Below are positions 22,490-32,000 of a DNA stretch of 32,000 bases, piece by piece. The position numbers and the translations under genes are program-made. The notes beneath the pieces were generated by a model that saw only the letters and a list, made by a program, of their open reading frames with translations, had not been told where the DNA came from and did no database searches. The stretch is taken from assembly GCF_000009045.1 (NCBI RefSeq), contig NC_000964.3, positions 3,270,001 to 3,302,000 on the forward strand, read 5' to 3'. Origin of the DNA: Bacillus subtilis subsp. subtilis str. 168. GTDB taxonomy: Bacteria; Bacillota; Bacilli; Bacillales; Bacillaceae. Within the stretch, counting starts at the first letter, position 1; each line of letters starts with the position of its first letter.

Positions 22490-23359
22490 TCAGCCCATTG
22501 ATAGATGCGGTCCGTCAGGGTGAAGCGCAAAACGCAGCGCCCTGCTGACCAAAACAGGAAGAACTGAAATATGTCCTTCTCCTGAAAACTCGCAAAATTC
22601 TGCCCGTATACCTTGTTCAGATAAAACGGCCAGCCGCTCATAAAGCTCCCTTGCATTATCATTCATCCGGCTTTTATGATGCTGCTCTAATTCTCCTGCG
22701 GCAAGCAGGATATTGATAGGCTGATTGTTTTTCTTGGTGAGAGAGACGAAATGGTCCGTTTTCTTGAGAATAAACGGTTTATTCCAATGAATGGACGGAC
22801 TTCCCGCGATATACGTTTGAAACGCATCGGGCTTTGTTAGCAGCACCTGCAGCACGAAAAGCCCTCCGAGCGAATGGCCAAAGATTGTTTGTCTTTTTTT
22901 ATCAATCTGGTAATCTCGTTCTATCTCCGGTTTTAAATCCTCTTCAATAAATCTGAAAAAGCCCTCCGCTCCGCCATGCTCCGGCCATTCTCTGCCGTCG
23001 GGCCTTTCCGGCAGCTTCGATTGGGCTGTTGGCATTGTAAAATCCCGGTGGCGTGCTGAGGAGAACGGCTCCGCTGTCTCATAGCCAATGCCGACGATCA
23101 CTGCAGGGATCACCCCGGTTTTTTCGGGTCGGCGTCCCTGTATTCGAACGGCTTCCGTCATCGTTCCGAAGACAGAATTGGCATCCAGCAGATAAATCAC
23201 AGGATAACCAGCGGGTGGCGGCGGCGTACTAGGTTTCGAGATAAAAATGTGATAGGTACGGTTTTCATTGCGTGAAGACATCATACGCACTTCCGTACCA
23301 GGAATCGTAAATGCGTTTGATGTCCCGCCATTTGTCCGGTCTGTTGTTTGTTCTTTCAT
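22490..23359 (-). CDS. besA (yuiI): Bacillibactin trilactone hydrolase BesA/YuiI (289 aa)
   Basis: MKEQTTDRTNGGTSNAFTIPGTEVRMMSSRNENRTYHIFISKP...; esterase nucleophile GHSLGG; Fur-box promoter; adjacent to dhb. Track start has a 25-aa extension. Confidence 0.95.
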   Translation of the reverse strand: MKEQTTDRTNGGTSNAFTIPGTEVRMMSSRNENRTYHIFISKPSTPPPPAGYPVIYLLDANSVFGTMTEAVRIQGRRPEKTGVIPAVIVGIGYETAEPFSSARHRDFTMPTAQSKLPERPDGREWPEHGGAEGFFRFIEEDLKPEIERDYQIDKKRQTIFGHSLGGLFVLQVLLTKPDAFQTYIAGSPSIHWNKPFILKKTDHFVSLTKKNNQPINILLAAGELEQHHKSRMNDNARELYERLAVLSEQGIRAEFCEFSGEGHISVLPVLVSRALRFALHPDGPHLSMG

Positions 23360-23400
23360 GCAGTACGACATTCCTCTCCTTAAACTAAACCGCAATGTAT

Positions 23401-23419
23401 GATAATGATTTTCACTATC
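23401..23419. promoter_or_regulatory. Fur box upstream of besA
   Basis: GATAATGATTTTCACTATC; 17/19 to the classic consensus, downstream of a good promoter. Confidence 0.88.
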
Positions 23420-23434
23420 AACTAGACACCTCAA

Positions 23435-23463
23435 ATAATAGGTTTTCTTCCAAAGAAAGTCAA
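23435..23463 (-). promoter_or_regulatory. besA sigma-A promoter
   Basis: Minus strand TTGACT (23463-23458)-17-TATTAT (23440-23435). Confidence 0.7.
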
Positions 23464-23474
23464 CTTTTTCCCGA

Positions 23475-23510
23475 ATAAAAAAGGCACCTTGATCAAATAA
23501 GGTACCTGCA
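23475..23510 (-). terminator. Terminator of yuiH
   Basis: aggcacctt...aaggtacct (one mismatch); on minus the stem is followed by ttttttattc. Confidence 0.7.
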
Positions 23511-23572
23511 GACTATCAATATGGAAGTAAAAACCTAATAAAGATGCGTATTGTCCTATTTGAAATAGAACC

Positions 23573-24169
23573 TTAATCCCATGTAAACCTTTGATTTTGC
23601 CAAGGGTCGCCTCTCATGTGATAGCCATTCCGCTCCCAAAAGCCAGGGTGATTTTCTTTCGTAAATTGGATGCCGCGCAGCCACTTGGCGCTTTTCCAAA
23701 AATACAGATGCGGAAATACACCCCGCAGCGGAAAGCCGTGTTCAGGGGTTAAAGGTTCGCCATTATGCGCATAAGCCAGAAGGGAAGTTTCCGCTAAGAA
23801 ATCATCAAGCGGCAGATTGGTCGTCCAGCCCTCTTCAGCATGTAAAATGACGTAGCCCGCTTCTTCTTTTACACCCGCTTTTTCCGCTATATCACAAGCC
23901 CGCACGCCTTGCCACACATTATCAAGCCTTGACCATCCCGTGACGCAATGAATGTCGTTTTTCGATTCATACCGTGGAAAGGCTTTGACATCTTCAAAGC
24001 TTAGCAGCATCGGATGGTCAACCAAACCGTATACTTGAAGATTCCATTTCGTCATATCTTCGTAATATGGGACATCTCCGGTATGAAGCACAGGAAATGA
24101 AGTGGTGACGTTTTGATTTGGCGGCACTCTTCCAGATTGATCGGACTGTCTTGTTTTTCCGAAATACAT
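23573..24169 (-). CDS. yuiH: Sulfite oxidase-type molybdopterin-binding domain protein YuiH (198 aa)
   Basis: MYFGKTRQSDQSGRVPPNQNVTTSFPVLHTGDVPYYEDM...NDIHCVTGWSRLDNVWQGV; conserved Cys-containing molybdopterin-type motif. Confidence 0.88.
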   Translation of the reverse strand: MYFGKTRQSDQSGRVPPNQNVTTSFPVLHTGDVPYYEDMTKWNLQVYGLVDHPMLLSFEDVKAFPRYESKNDIHCVTGWSRLDNVWQGVRACDIAEKAGVKEEAGYVILHAEEGWTTNLPLDDFLAETSLLAYAHNGEPLTPEHGFPLRGVFPHLYFWKSAKWLRGIQFTKENHPGFWERNGYHMRGDPWQNQRFTWD

Positions 24170-24183
24170 ATGGGCCTCCTTTT

Positions 24184-24214
24184 TGTTAACCTAATTTAAA
24201 ATCATGTTGACAAT
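24184..24214. promoter_or_regulatory. BirA-type biotin operator upstream of yuiG
   Basis: TTGTTAAC-N15-GTTGACAA, the arrangement known at Bacillus bio operators, in the 100-bp divergent yuiH/yuiG gap. Confidence 0.85.
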
Positions 24215-24269
24215 CTTTTTGTTCTTTATTACTCTATGATTGTGTATGTCAACCTAAGGGGGAACAACG

Positions 24270-24872
24270 ATGAAACAACGTAAACTTCGTGCGGGAGATA
24301 TGGCGCTGATTGGCATGTTCGCCGCACTTATGGCTGTCGGGGCCAACATTACATCAGTAGCACCCTTTTTACAAGTAGCCGGCATTCCGCTTTCGATGCA
24401 GCCGTTTTTCTGTCTCTTGGCAGCTTTGCTTCTTGGCAGCAAACGGGCAGCGATTGCCATGATTGTATATGCACTTGTGGGATTGGCCGGAGCGCCTGTG
24501 TTTGCTCAATTTTCAGCAGGCTTCGCACCGTTTGCAGGGAAAAGCGGCGGGTTTATTATCTCATACATTCCGGCAGCATTTGCAGCGGGATGGTTTTTAG
24601 AACGAAACATTCAGCCAAGTAAAATTCGATTTCTCATTGCTTCACTTATCGGAACGGCGATCATGTATCTCATCGGCACTACCTATATGTATCTTGCACT
24701 GAAGCTGTGGATTCATACGCCAGTGAGCTACGGCACGGCTTGGGGCTTTATGATTTGGTTTATGGTAAAAGATACAGCGCTGGCTGTGATACTGTCGTTT
24801 ATCGCACCAGCAATCTACCGCTCTATTCATAAAGCAACCGGCTTTAACAGAAATCACATATCATCTACGTAA
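24270..24872 (+). CDS. yuiG (bioY-like): BioY-family biotin transporter YuiG (200 aa)
   Basis: MKQRKLRAGDMALIGMFAALMAVGANITSVAPF..., multi-TM BioY family, with BirA-type operator. Confidence 0.93.
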   Translation: MKQRKLRAGDMALIGMFAALMAVGANITSVAPFLQVAGIPLSMQPFFCLLAALLLGSKRAAIAMIVYALVGLAGAPVFAQFSAGFAPFAGKSGGFIISYIPAAFAAGWFLERNIQPSKIRFLIASLIGTAIMYLIGTTYMYLALKLWIHTPVSYGTAWGFMIWFMVKDTALAVILSFIAPAIYRSIHKATGFNRNHISST

Positions 24873-24898
24873 AAACCGTTCTATTGGACGGTTTTTTT
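24871..24898 (+). terminator. Terminator of yuiG
   Basis: aaaaaccgt-tctattgg-acggttttttt. Confidence 0.8.
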
Positions 24899-24909
24899 AT
24901 CATAACGAG

Positions 24910-24940
24910 AAAAGGCTCCCCAGTAAAGGGGAGCCTTTTT
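24910..24940. terminator. Bidirectional terminator downstream of yuiF
   Basis: aaaaggctcccc-agtaaa-ggggagcctttt; perfect 12-bp arms adjacent to the yuiF stop. Confidence 0.88.
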
Positions 24941-24941
24941 C

Positions 24942-26270
24942 CTATAAAACAAGCGCTGCAATCCAGCCAAAGATGACAAGCGGAATATTATAAAATATAA
25001 ATGTCGGCACACAAGTATCCCAAATGTGGTGATGCTGGCCGTCCGCACTCAAACCTGAAGTCGGCCCAAGCGTACTGTCACTGGCAGGTGAACCGGCATC
25101 GCCAAGCGCAGCAGCAGCCCCGATAATCGCAATCGTTGCCATCGGGCTGAATCCAAGCTGCATGCATAGAGGCACGAAAATGGTTGTGATAACAGGAATG
25201 GTCGCAAAAGAAGATCCGATCCCCATTGTAATTAATAAGCCGACAATGAGCATCAGCAATGCGCCCAAGGACTGACTGTGTCCGATAAAACCAGCTGACG
25301 TTTTGACCAGTGACTCGACATCTCCGGTTTTCGTCAATACGTTTGAAAATCCGGCTGCAACAAGCATGACAAAGCCGATAAAGGCCATTAAAACCATTCC
25401 ATCAGTAATCAGTGAGTCCGCTTCATCACGCTTCATCACACCGCTGACAAACAGAACAATCAGACCAGCGAGCGCCCCCATAATCATTCCTTCTACTCCC
25501 AAAGTCTGAGATAAGTAAAGCTGGACGCCGAGTGACACAACAATGGCTAGAACCGCGATACCAATACTTTTTCTCGTATATGGCGATGCTTCTGCACCTG
25601 AAATGTCTTTTGTTTCATATTGTTTCGGTTTACGGTATACGATCACTGATAAAATAAGGCCGACAACCATACCTGCAACTGGAATAATCAGTGCGTACGG
25701 AATATCAGCAAGCGGAACGTTTAACCCGGCATCCGCCATATTGTCCTTCAGCATGCCTTGGAAGATTTGGCCGAAACCGACCGGAAGCAAAATATAAGGA
25801 GCCGTTAAGCCAAATGTAATTACACACGCGATCAGACGGCGGTCCATTTCAAGTTCATTAAAGATTTTCAAAAGCGGCGGAATCAGCACCGGGATAAACG
25901 CGATGTGAACCGGAACGACGTTTTGCGAAAAACAAGATACAATTAAAATAATCAGCACAATCAGCACCTTAGACAGTGCTTTTTTTCGAGAATCTTCTTT
26001 ATTTCCGATTAATTTAACGGAGGCTTCCACCATTGCGTCCGGAAGACCCGTTTTCGTCAAAGCGGCGGCAAACGCGCCAAGCATGGCATAGCTAACTGCA
26101 ACGGTGGCATTTCCGCCGAGACCGTCTGTGAAAGCTTTAACCGTTTCGCCAAGACCGAGCCCGCCTGTTAACCCGCCGGCCAAGGCGCCTATAATTAATG
26201 CGATAACAATATTGACACGCAGCAGGCTTAATACAAGCATAAGCAGGACTGCGATGACGACTGCATTCAT
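24942..26270 (-). CDS. yuiF: Putative NhaC-like antiporter / amino acid transporter YuiF (442 aa)
   Basis: MNAVVIAVLLMLVLSLLRVNIVIALIIGALAGG..., ~12 hydrophobic segments; RBS TTGGAGGGG before the ATG at 26270 (track start 26342 is an extension). Confidence 0.9.
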   Translation of the reverse strand: MNAVVIAVLLMLVLSLLRVNIVIALIIGALAGGLTGGLGLGETVKAFTDGLGGNATVAVSYAMLGAFAAALTKTGLPDAMVEASVKLIGNKEDSRKKALSKVLIVLIILIVSCFSQNVVPVHIAFIPVLIPPLLKIFNELEMDRRLIACVITFGLTAPYILLPVGFGQIFQGMLKDNMADAGLNVPLADIPYALIIPVAGMVVGLILSVIVYRKPKQYETKDISGAEASPYTRKSIGIAVLAIVVSLGVQLYLSQTLGVEGMIMGALAGLIVLFVSGVMKRDEADSLITDGMVLMAFIGFVMLVAAGFSNVLTKTGDVESLVKTSAGFIGHSQSLGALLMLIVGLLITMGIGSSFATIPVITTIFVPLCMQLGFSPMATIAIIGAAAALGDAGSPASDSTLGPTSGLSADGQHHHIWDTCVPTFIFYNIPLVIFGWIAALVL

Positions 26271-26379
26271 GATGATACCCCTCCAAAAATCCTTTAGTTT
26301 GCTAATGTAGTAGATAAATAAAGTACGAACGTATCGTATCATAACCGATCCACTTTAGTCAACTAAAGATTTCGGAAGA

Positions 26380-26414
26380 AAAAATCCCTGCCGCATCATA
26401 CAGCAGGGATTTTT
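26380..26414 (-). terminator. Terminator of pepA
   Basis: aaaaatccctgc...gcagggattttt, 3 bp from the pepA stop. Confidence 0.88.
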
Positions 26415-26416
26415 CA

Positions 26417-27919
26417 TTACTCGTTTTTATCTTCTTCCAATGTAAATCGCTCCGCAAGTGTAGCCAGTGTTCTTGCCATAACGCCAGTAGCCCCGGCCGG
26501 TCCGAAGCAGGTTGCTTTATTGGCAGTCGCTGTGCCTGCAATATCAAGGTGAACCCAAGGTGTTGACTCAGCGAATTCACCAAGAAACGTTCCTGCCATA
26601 ATCGCATGTCCCTCGCGTCCCGGTGAATTGCTGAGATCCGCCATTTGGCTGCTTTTCACGCGTTTTTTATCCTTCTCTGTTATCGGCAGCTGCCAGATCG
26701 CCTCGCCGCACTCTTGTGCAGCATCAGCTACCTGCTGGTAAAAGCTTTGATCATTTGTCATTGCACCGGTTGTTTCTGTTCCTAATGCCACAACGACGCC
26801 GCCGGTAAGCGTAGCTACATCGACAAGAACTGATGCGCCATGCTGTTTCGCGTATGTAATGCCATCTGCAAGCACTAGCCTTCCTTCAGCATCCGTATTA
26901 AGGATTTCTATTGTTTTTCCGCTTAAAGATACGATCACGTCATCCGGCTTCATGGCCCCGCCGGAGATCATATTATCGGTTGATGGAATAACGCACAGCA
27001 CGTTTTGTTCAGGACGAAGCTCTCCGATCGTTTCCATAGCCCCGAGAACCGCAGCTGCTCCTCCCATATCTGATTTCATGCCAACAATTCCAGATTTCGT
27101 TTTAATGGAGTAGCCGCCTGTGTCAAAGGTAATTCCTTTCCCGACTAGTCCGACGACGTCTTCCCATTCCTTTTTGCCCTGATATTTCAACACAATCATT
27201 TTCGGCGGTTCGGTGGAGCCTTGGTTTACCGCAAGTATTCCGCCCATACCGAGCTCTTCCATCTCTGATTTCTCCAATATCTCACACTCAAAATCATATT
27301 TCGCCGCAAGCTCTTCAGCATACGAAGCGAGGTCAGTCGCTGTCAGCATGTTTCCCGGCATATTCACAAGCGTTCTAGCCGAATTTGTCCCTTGTCCGTA
27401 TGCCTGGCCGACGCGAAGCCCTGCCTGCACTTCCTGTGTATCTTCATCTGTTACAACATACACGGCTTCAATTTGTTTGTCAGGCTCATTTGATTTATGC
27501 TTATAATCCTGCACCTCATAGGAAGCAAGCAGGCAGCTCTCAGCTAAAGCATGAGCGGCATCGGCTGGAGGCACGTCTTCCGAAATAAACGTATCAAGCA
27601 GAACAGCAGTTTCTTGTTTTCGATCTTTATGAATGGCTTGAAAAACATGAGCAAAACGTTCCTTCGCCTGTTCAAACGAATAATTTGCTTCTCTCCCCAG
27701 GCCAACGAAATAAATCCGTTTCATACCCGCAGAAGATGGAGGGAATACTTTTGATACTTGATTCGGTTTCGCAGAGACATCACCCTCTTTTAAAAGCTGT
27801 GTCAGATGGCCTTCGAGCATTTCATCAATTTCCAACGCTTTTCCTGTCAGCTGGCTTTTTTGAAAAAGCCCGACAACAAGGGTTTCTGTATGCTCTGATT
27901 GTTGAACCGCATAAAACAT
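26417..27919 (-). CDS. pepA (yuiE): Leucyl aminopeptidase, M17 family (500 aa)
   Basis: [17 protein letters not shown]...; M17 signature NTDAEGRL; [12 protein letters not shown]. Confidence 0.95.
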   Translation of the reverse strand: MFYAVQQSEHTETLVVGLFQKSQLTGKALEIDEMLEGHLTQLLKEGDVSAKPNQVSKVFPPSSAGMKRIYFVGLGREANYSFEQAKERFAHVFQAIHKDRKQETAVLLDTFISEDVPPADAAHALAESCLLASYEVQDYKHKSNEPDKQIEAVYVVTDEDTQEVQAGLRVGQAYGQGTNSARTLVNMPGNMLTATDLASYAEELAAKYDFECEILEKSEMEELGMGGILAVNQGSTEPPKMIVLKYQGKKEWEDVVGLVGKGITFDTGGYSIKTKSGIVGMKSDMGGAAAVLGAMETIGELRPEQNVLCVIPSTDNMISGGAMKPDDVIVSLSGKTIEILNTDAEGRLVLADGITYAKQHGASVLVDVATLTGGVVVALGTETTGAMTNDQSFYQQVADAAQECGEAIWQLPITEKDKKRVKSSQMADLSNSPGREGHAIMAGTFLGEFAESTPWVHLDIAGTATANKATCFGPAGATGVMARTLATLAERFTLEEDKNE

Positions 27920-28076
27920 GAGGCTTACACTCCTAACGTAATGGGTATTTGTAATGAACAATGGTATAATAGGAAAAACATTCTTTCCACTATACTTATT
28001 TTAACAAACAACAGTCTAAGACTTGCTTTTTTCTTTTGAAACACGAAGGATTTTTCAAATAGAAAGGATGTCGCCG

Positions 28077-28553
28077 ATGGAACTTTTAACGAATTTTCCT
28101 TTATTATCAAGCCTGGCCGCAATTATTTTTGCTCAGGTCATCAAAGTGCCCATACAGTTTATCGTGTCCAGAAAACTGGACTGGTCGCTGGTCACAAGCA
28201 CAGGCGGCATGCCTAGCTCTCACTCCGCAGCGGTCACTGCGCTTTCTACAGGCGTAGCCTTGGAGCATGGATTAGACTCCTCACTCTTTGCGGTTTCCGC
28301 CATTTTCGCCGTCATAACCATGTTTGACGCAACTGGCGTCAGACGTCACGCCGGTGAGCAGGCAACAGTCATTAATAAGCTTGTTATTGATTTTAACCGT
28401 TTCGTAAATGAAGCGAAGGACTTCCCTAAGGCTGCAGAGAAAGAAAAGCAAAAAAAGCTGAAAGAGCTTCTCGGACATCAGCCGATCGAAGTCTTTTTCG
28501 GAGGATTAACAGGTATTTTACTGACATTGGTACTCGCTTACTTTTTCATGTAA
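28077..28553 (+). CDS. yuiD: Divergent PAP2/VanZ-like membrane protein YuiD (158 aa, DUF212)
   Basis: MELLTNFPLLSSLAAIIFAQVIKVPIQFIV...GGMPSSHSAAVTAL, YFGGxTG-like C-terminus. Start codon corrected from 28023 by family N-terminus and the upstream purine-rich AGAAAGGA. Confidence 0.9.
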   Translation: MELLTNFPLLSSLAAIIFAQVIKVPIQFIVSRKLDWSLVTSTGGMPSSHSAAVTALSTGVALEHGLDSSLFAVSAIFAVITMFDATGVRRHAGEQATVINKLVIDFNRFVNEAKDFPKAAEKEKQKKLKELLGHQPIEVFFGGLTGILLTLVLAYFFM

Positions 28554-28554
28554 A

Positions 28555-28583
28555 AAAAACGCTCCTGCTTTCGCTGGAGCGTT

Positions 28584-28586
<3 letters not shown>
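28555..28586. terminator. Bidirectional terminator between convergent yuiD and yuiC
   Basis: aaaacgctcc-tgctttcgct-ggagcgtttt with flanking A/T runs. Confidence 0.85.
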
Positions 28587-29240
<654 letters not shown>

Positions 29241-29313
29241 TCACCTCTCCTCCGAATCATTGTTCCCAAGTGGAGAGAGCATTATTCAAAATGGTGAATG
29301 AGCTGAACGCATA

Positions 29314-29340
29314 AAAAAAGCTTTCTTTAGAAGAAAGCGG
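29314..29340 (-). terminator. Terminator of yuiA-yuiB
   Basis: gctttctt-tag-aagaaagc; on minus followed by ttttttta. Confidence 0.8.
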
Positions 29341-29343
29341 CAT

Positions 29344-29664
29344 TTAAAACATTTGATATCCTCTTTTTCTAAGCATGTTGATCGCTATACCGGACACGAT
29401 GGCGCCGGCCAAACCGCTGACTAAAATCAGCACATCAGCAGCCGCTAATGATAAGACACGATGAAACAGGCTGGCAAAGGATTCTCCCGGCGACTGGACA
29501 TAGCTGATCAGCTTTTCTTTGCTGATAATGAAAAGGCATACAATTGGATAAATCACAGCCATAATCCAAGACATTCTCAGCAGCATGTTTAATAAGAAAC
29601 CGATTCCAAAAAACAAGACAAAAAACAAAACAATTGAGATGATTACGACTGGCAGACTAATCAA
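29344..29664 (-). CDS. yuiB: Small membrane protein YuiB (106 aa)
   Basis: Start TTG at 29664 (MISLPVVIISIVLFFVLFFGIGFLLNMLL...) with GGGGGTGGA RBS. The upstream 55 aa of the track ORF overlap yuiA out of frame and look non-coding. Confidence 0.85.
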   Translation of the reverse strand: MISLPVVIISIVLFFVLFFGIGFLLNMLLRMSWIMAVIYPIVCLFIISKEKLISYVQSPGESFASLFHRVLSLAAADVLILVSGLAGAIVSGIAINMLRKRGYQMF

Positions 29665-29717
29665 CCTATTCCACCCCCCTGCGTTGTTTTTAGTGTAACG
29701 CGGGGGCTGAAATAAAG

Positions 29718-29861
29718 TCAACGGCTGGAAAAAGAATGACTGTCTTTTCCTGTCCCCTGGCAAGACGGACAAGTCTCTGAACCGCCGAGAATCAATTGAA
29801 AATATCCTTTCCCTGAACAAAATGGGCATGCATGTGAAGCGGTTGTCGTTGCAGTTTTCAT
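29718..29861 (-). CDS. yuiA: 47-aa DnaJ-type zinc-finger protein YuiA (MKTATTTASHACPFCSGKGYFQLILGGSETCPSCQGTGKDSHSFSSR)
   Basis: Translated by hand from the minus strand; two CxxCxGxG-like motifs (CPFCSGKG, CPSCQGTG); start 13 nt after a GGGTGATG region; directly upstream of yuiB. Below the ORF track length cutoff. Confidence 0.88.
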   Translation of the reverse strand: MKTATTTASHACPFCSGKGYFQLILGGSETCPSCQGTGKDSHSFSSR

Positions 29862-30012
29862 CTAATCATCACCCTTTTTCTTAATTTTCTGATAATATAC
29901 CATATCAAGCTGTCAACAATAAAGTCAGATCATGTGACAAATCTTTTGATGTAAGCGGAAACATACTTGTTTTCCTCTCGTTCTCTTTTTATTTTGGCGT
30001 TTTTTAATAAAG

Positions 30013-31323
<1,311 letters not shown>

Positions 31324-31542
31324 TTATTGGCGGGATTTTATGAAATATATTGAAAAGTTTTTTGTGAAGTCCTTACCCGTAGCACTATTATCATGTTTAT
31401 CCGGCTGGCCCAAGAAACATTCAGAAAAAGATCATTTCATTTGGTTATTATCGTAGCGGCCTGCGGAAATATTTTCAAGAACGGATGGGCACGTTAGATC
31501 CTTACGATTTTTTCTGCTGACTCGTCAATTTGAACGGCAATA

Positions 31543-31551
31543 TGGTATAAT
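31543..31551 (+). promoter_or_regulatory. Extended -10 promoter candidate of yumC
   Basis: TGGTATAAT 34 nt upstream of the yumC ATG; -35 is poor. Confidence 0.5.
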
Positions 31552-31585
31552 TAATAACAATTTTCATTTAGGAGGCAATTTTCGT

Positions 31586-32000
31586 ATGCGAGAGGATACA
31601 AAGGTTTATGATATTACAATTATAGGCGGGGGACCGGTCGGCTTATTCACCGCTTTTTACGGCGGGATGAGACAGGCAAGCGTCAAAATTATCGAAAGCC
31701 TGCCTCAGCTCGGCGGACAGCTTAGCGCCCTATACCCTGAGAAGTATATATATGATGTAGCGGGATTCCCGAAAATCCGCGCGCAAGAGCTTATCAATAA
31801 CCTAAAAGAGCAAATGGCGAAATTCGACCAAACCATTTGTCTGGAGCAAGCGGTTGAATCTGTTGAGAAACAAGCGGACGGCGTGTTTAAGCTTGTAACA
31901 AATGAAGAAACCCACTACTCTAAAACGGTCATCATAACTGCAGGAAACGGCGCATTCAAACCGAGAAAGCTGGAACTTGAAAATGCCGAGCAGTATGAAG
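31586..32000 (+). CDS. yumC: Ferredoxin/flavodoxin-NADP+ reductase YumC; 3' end beyond window
   Basis: [62 protein letters not shown]...; RBS AGGAGG. Confidence 0.95.
   Translation, partial: MREDTKVYDITIIGGGPVGLFTAFYGGMRQASVKIIESLPQLGGQLSALYPEKYIYDVAGFPKIRAQELINNLKEQMAKFDQTICLEQAVESVEKQADGVFKLVTNEETHYSKTVIITAGNGAFKPRKLELENAEQYE

Noticed and set aside
29665-29829. Extended yuiB N-terminus (MPILFRERIFSIDSRRFRD...)
   Set aside because: It is the out-of-frame reading of yuiA; TTG at 29664 has a good RBS and starts a clean membrane segment.

Overview
This window matches a core-genome segment of Bacillus subtilis (168-like), read from protein recognition and gene order. Left to right: (1) the 5' part of a type VII secretion locus on the minus strand: essC/yukB (runs off the left edge), essB/yukC, esaB/yukD, esxA/yukE. 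(2) adeR and ald, both plus strand. (3) yukJ, a DUF2278-type protein. (4) the bacillibactin siderophore cluster on the minus strand: besA, dhbA, dhbC, dhbE, dhbB, dhbF and an MbtH-like gene, with two near-consensus Fur boxes. (5) yuiH, then yuiG (BioY) with a BirA-type operator, yuiF, yuiE/pepA, yuiD, yuiC, yuiB, yuiA, yumB, and the 5' part of yumC. I see no mobile element, CRISPR, tRNA or rRNA, and no convincing evidence of a wholly new multi-gene system. The less routine observations are mostly regulatory: an orphan promoter plus terminator pair between esxA and adeR (candidate ~115-nt RNA), an esxA/esaB intercistronic hairpin, a perfect 32-bp palindrome over the adeR stop codon that could be both terminator and ald operator, matched promoter/Fur architecture at dhbA and besA, a BirA-type operator placed where it could also affect yuiH, and a 47-aa zinc-finger protein absent from the ORF track. 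Several track ORFs have N-terminal overextensions; I give start sites corrected by RBS and family N-terminus.
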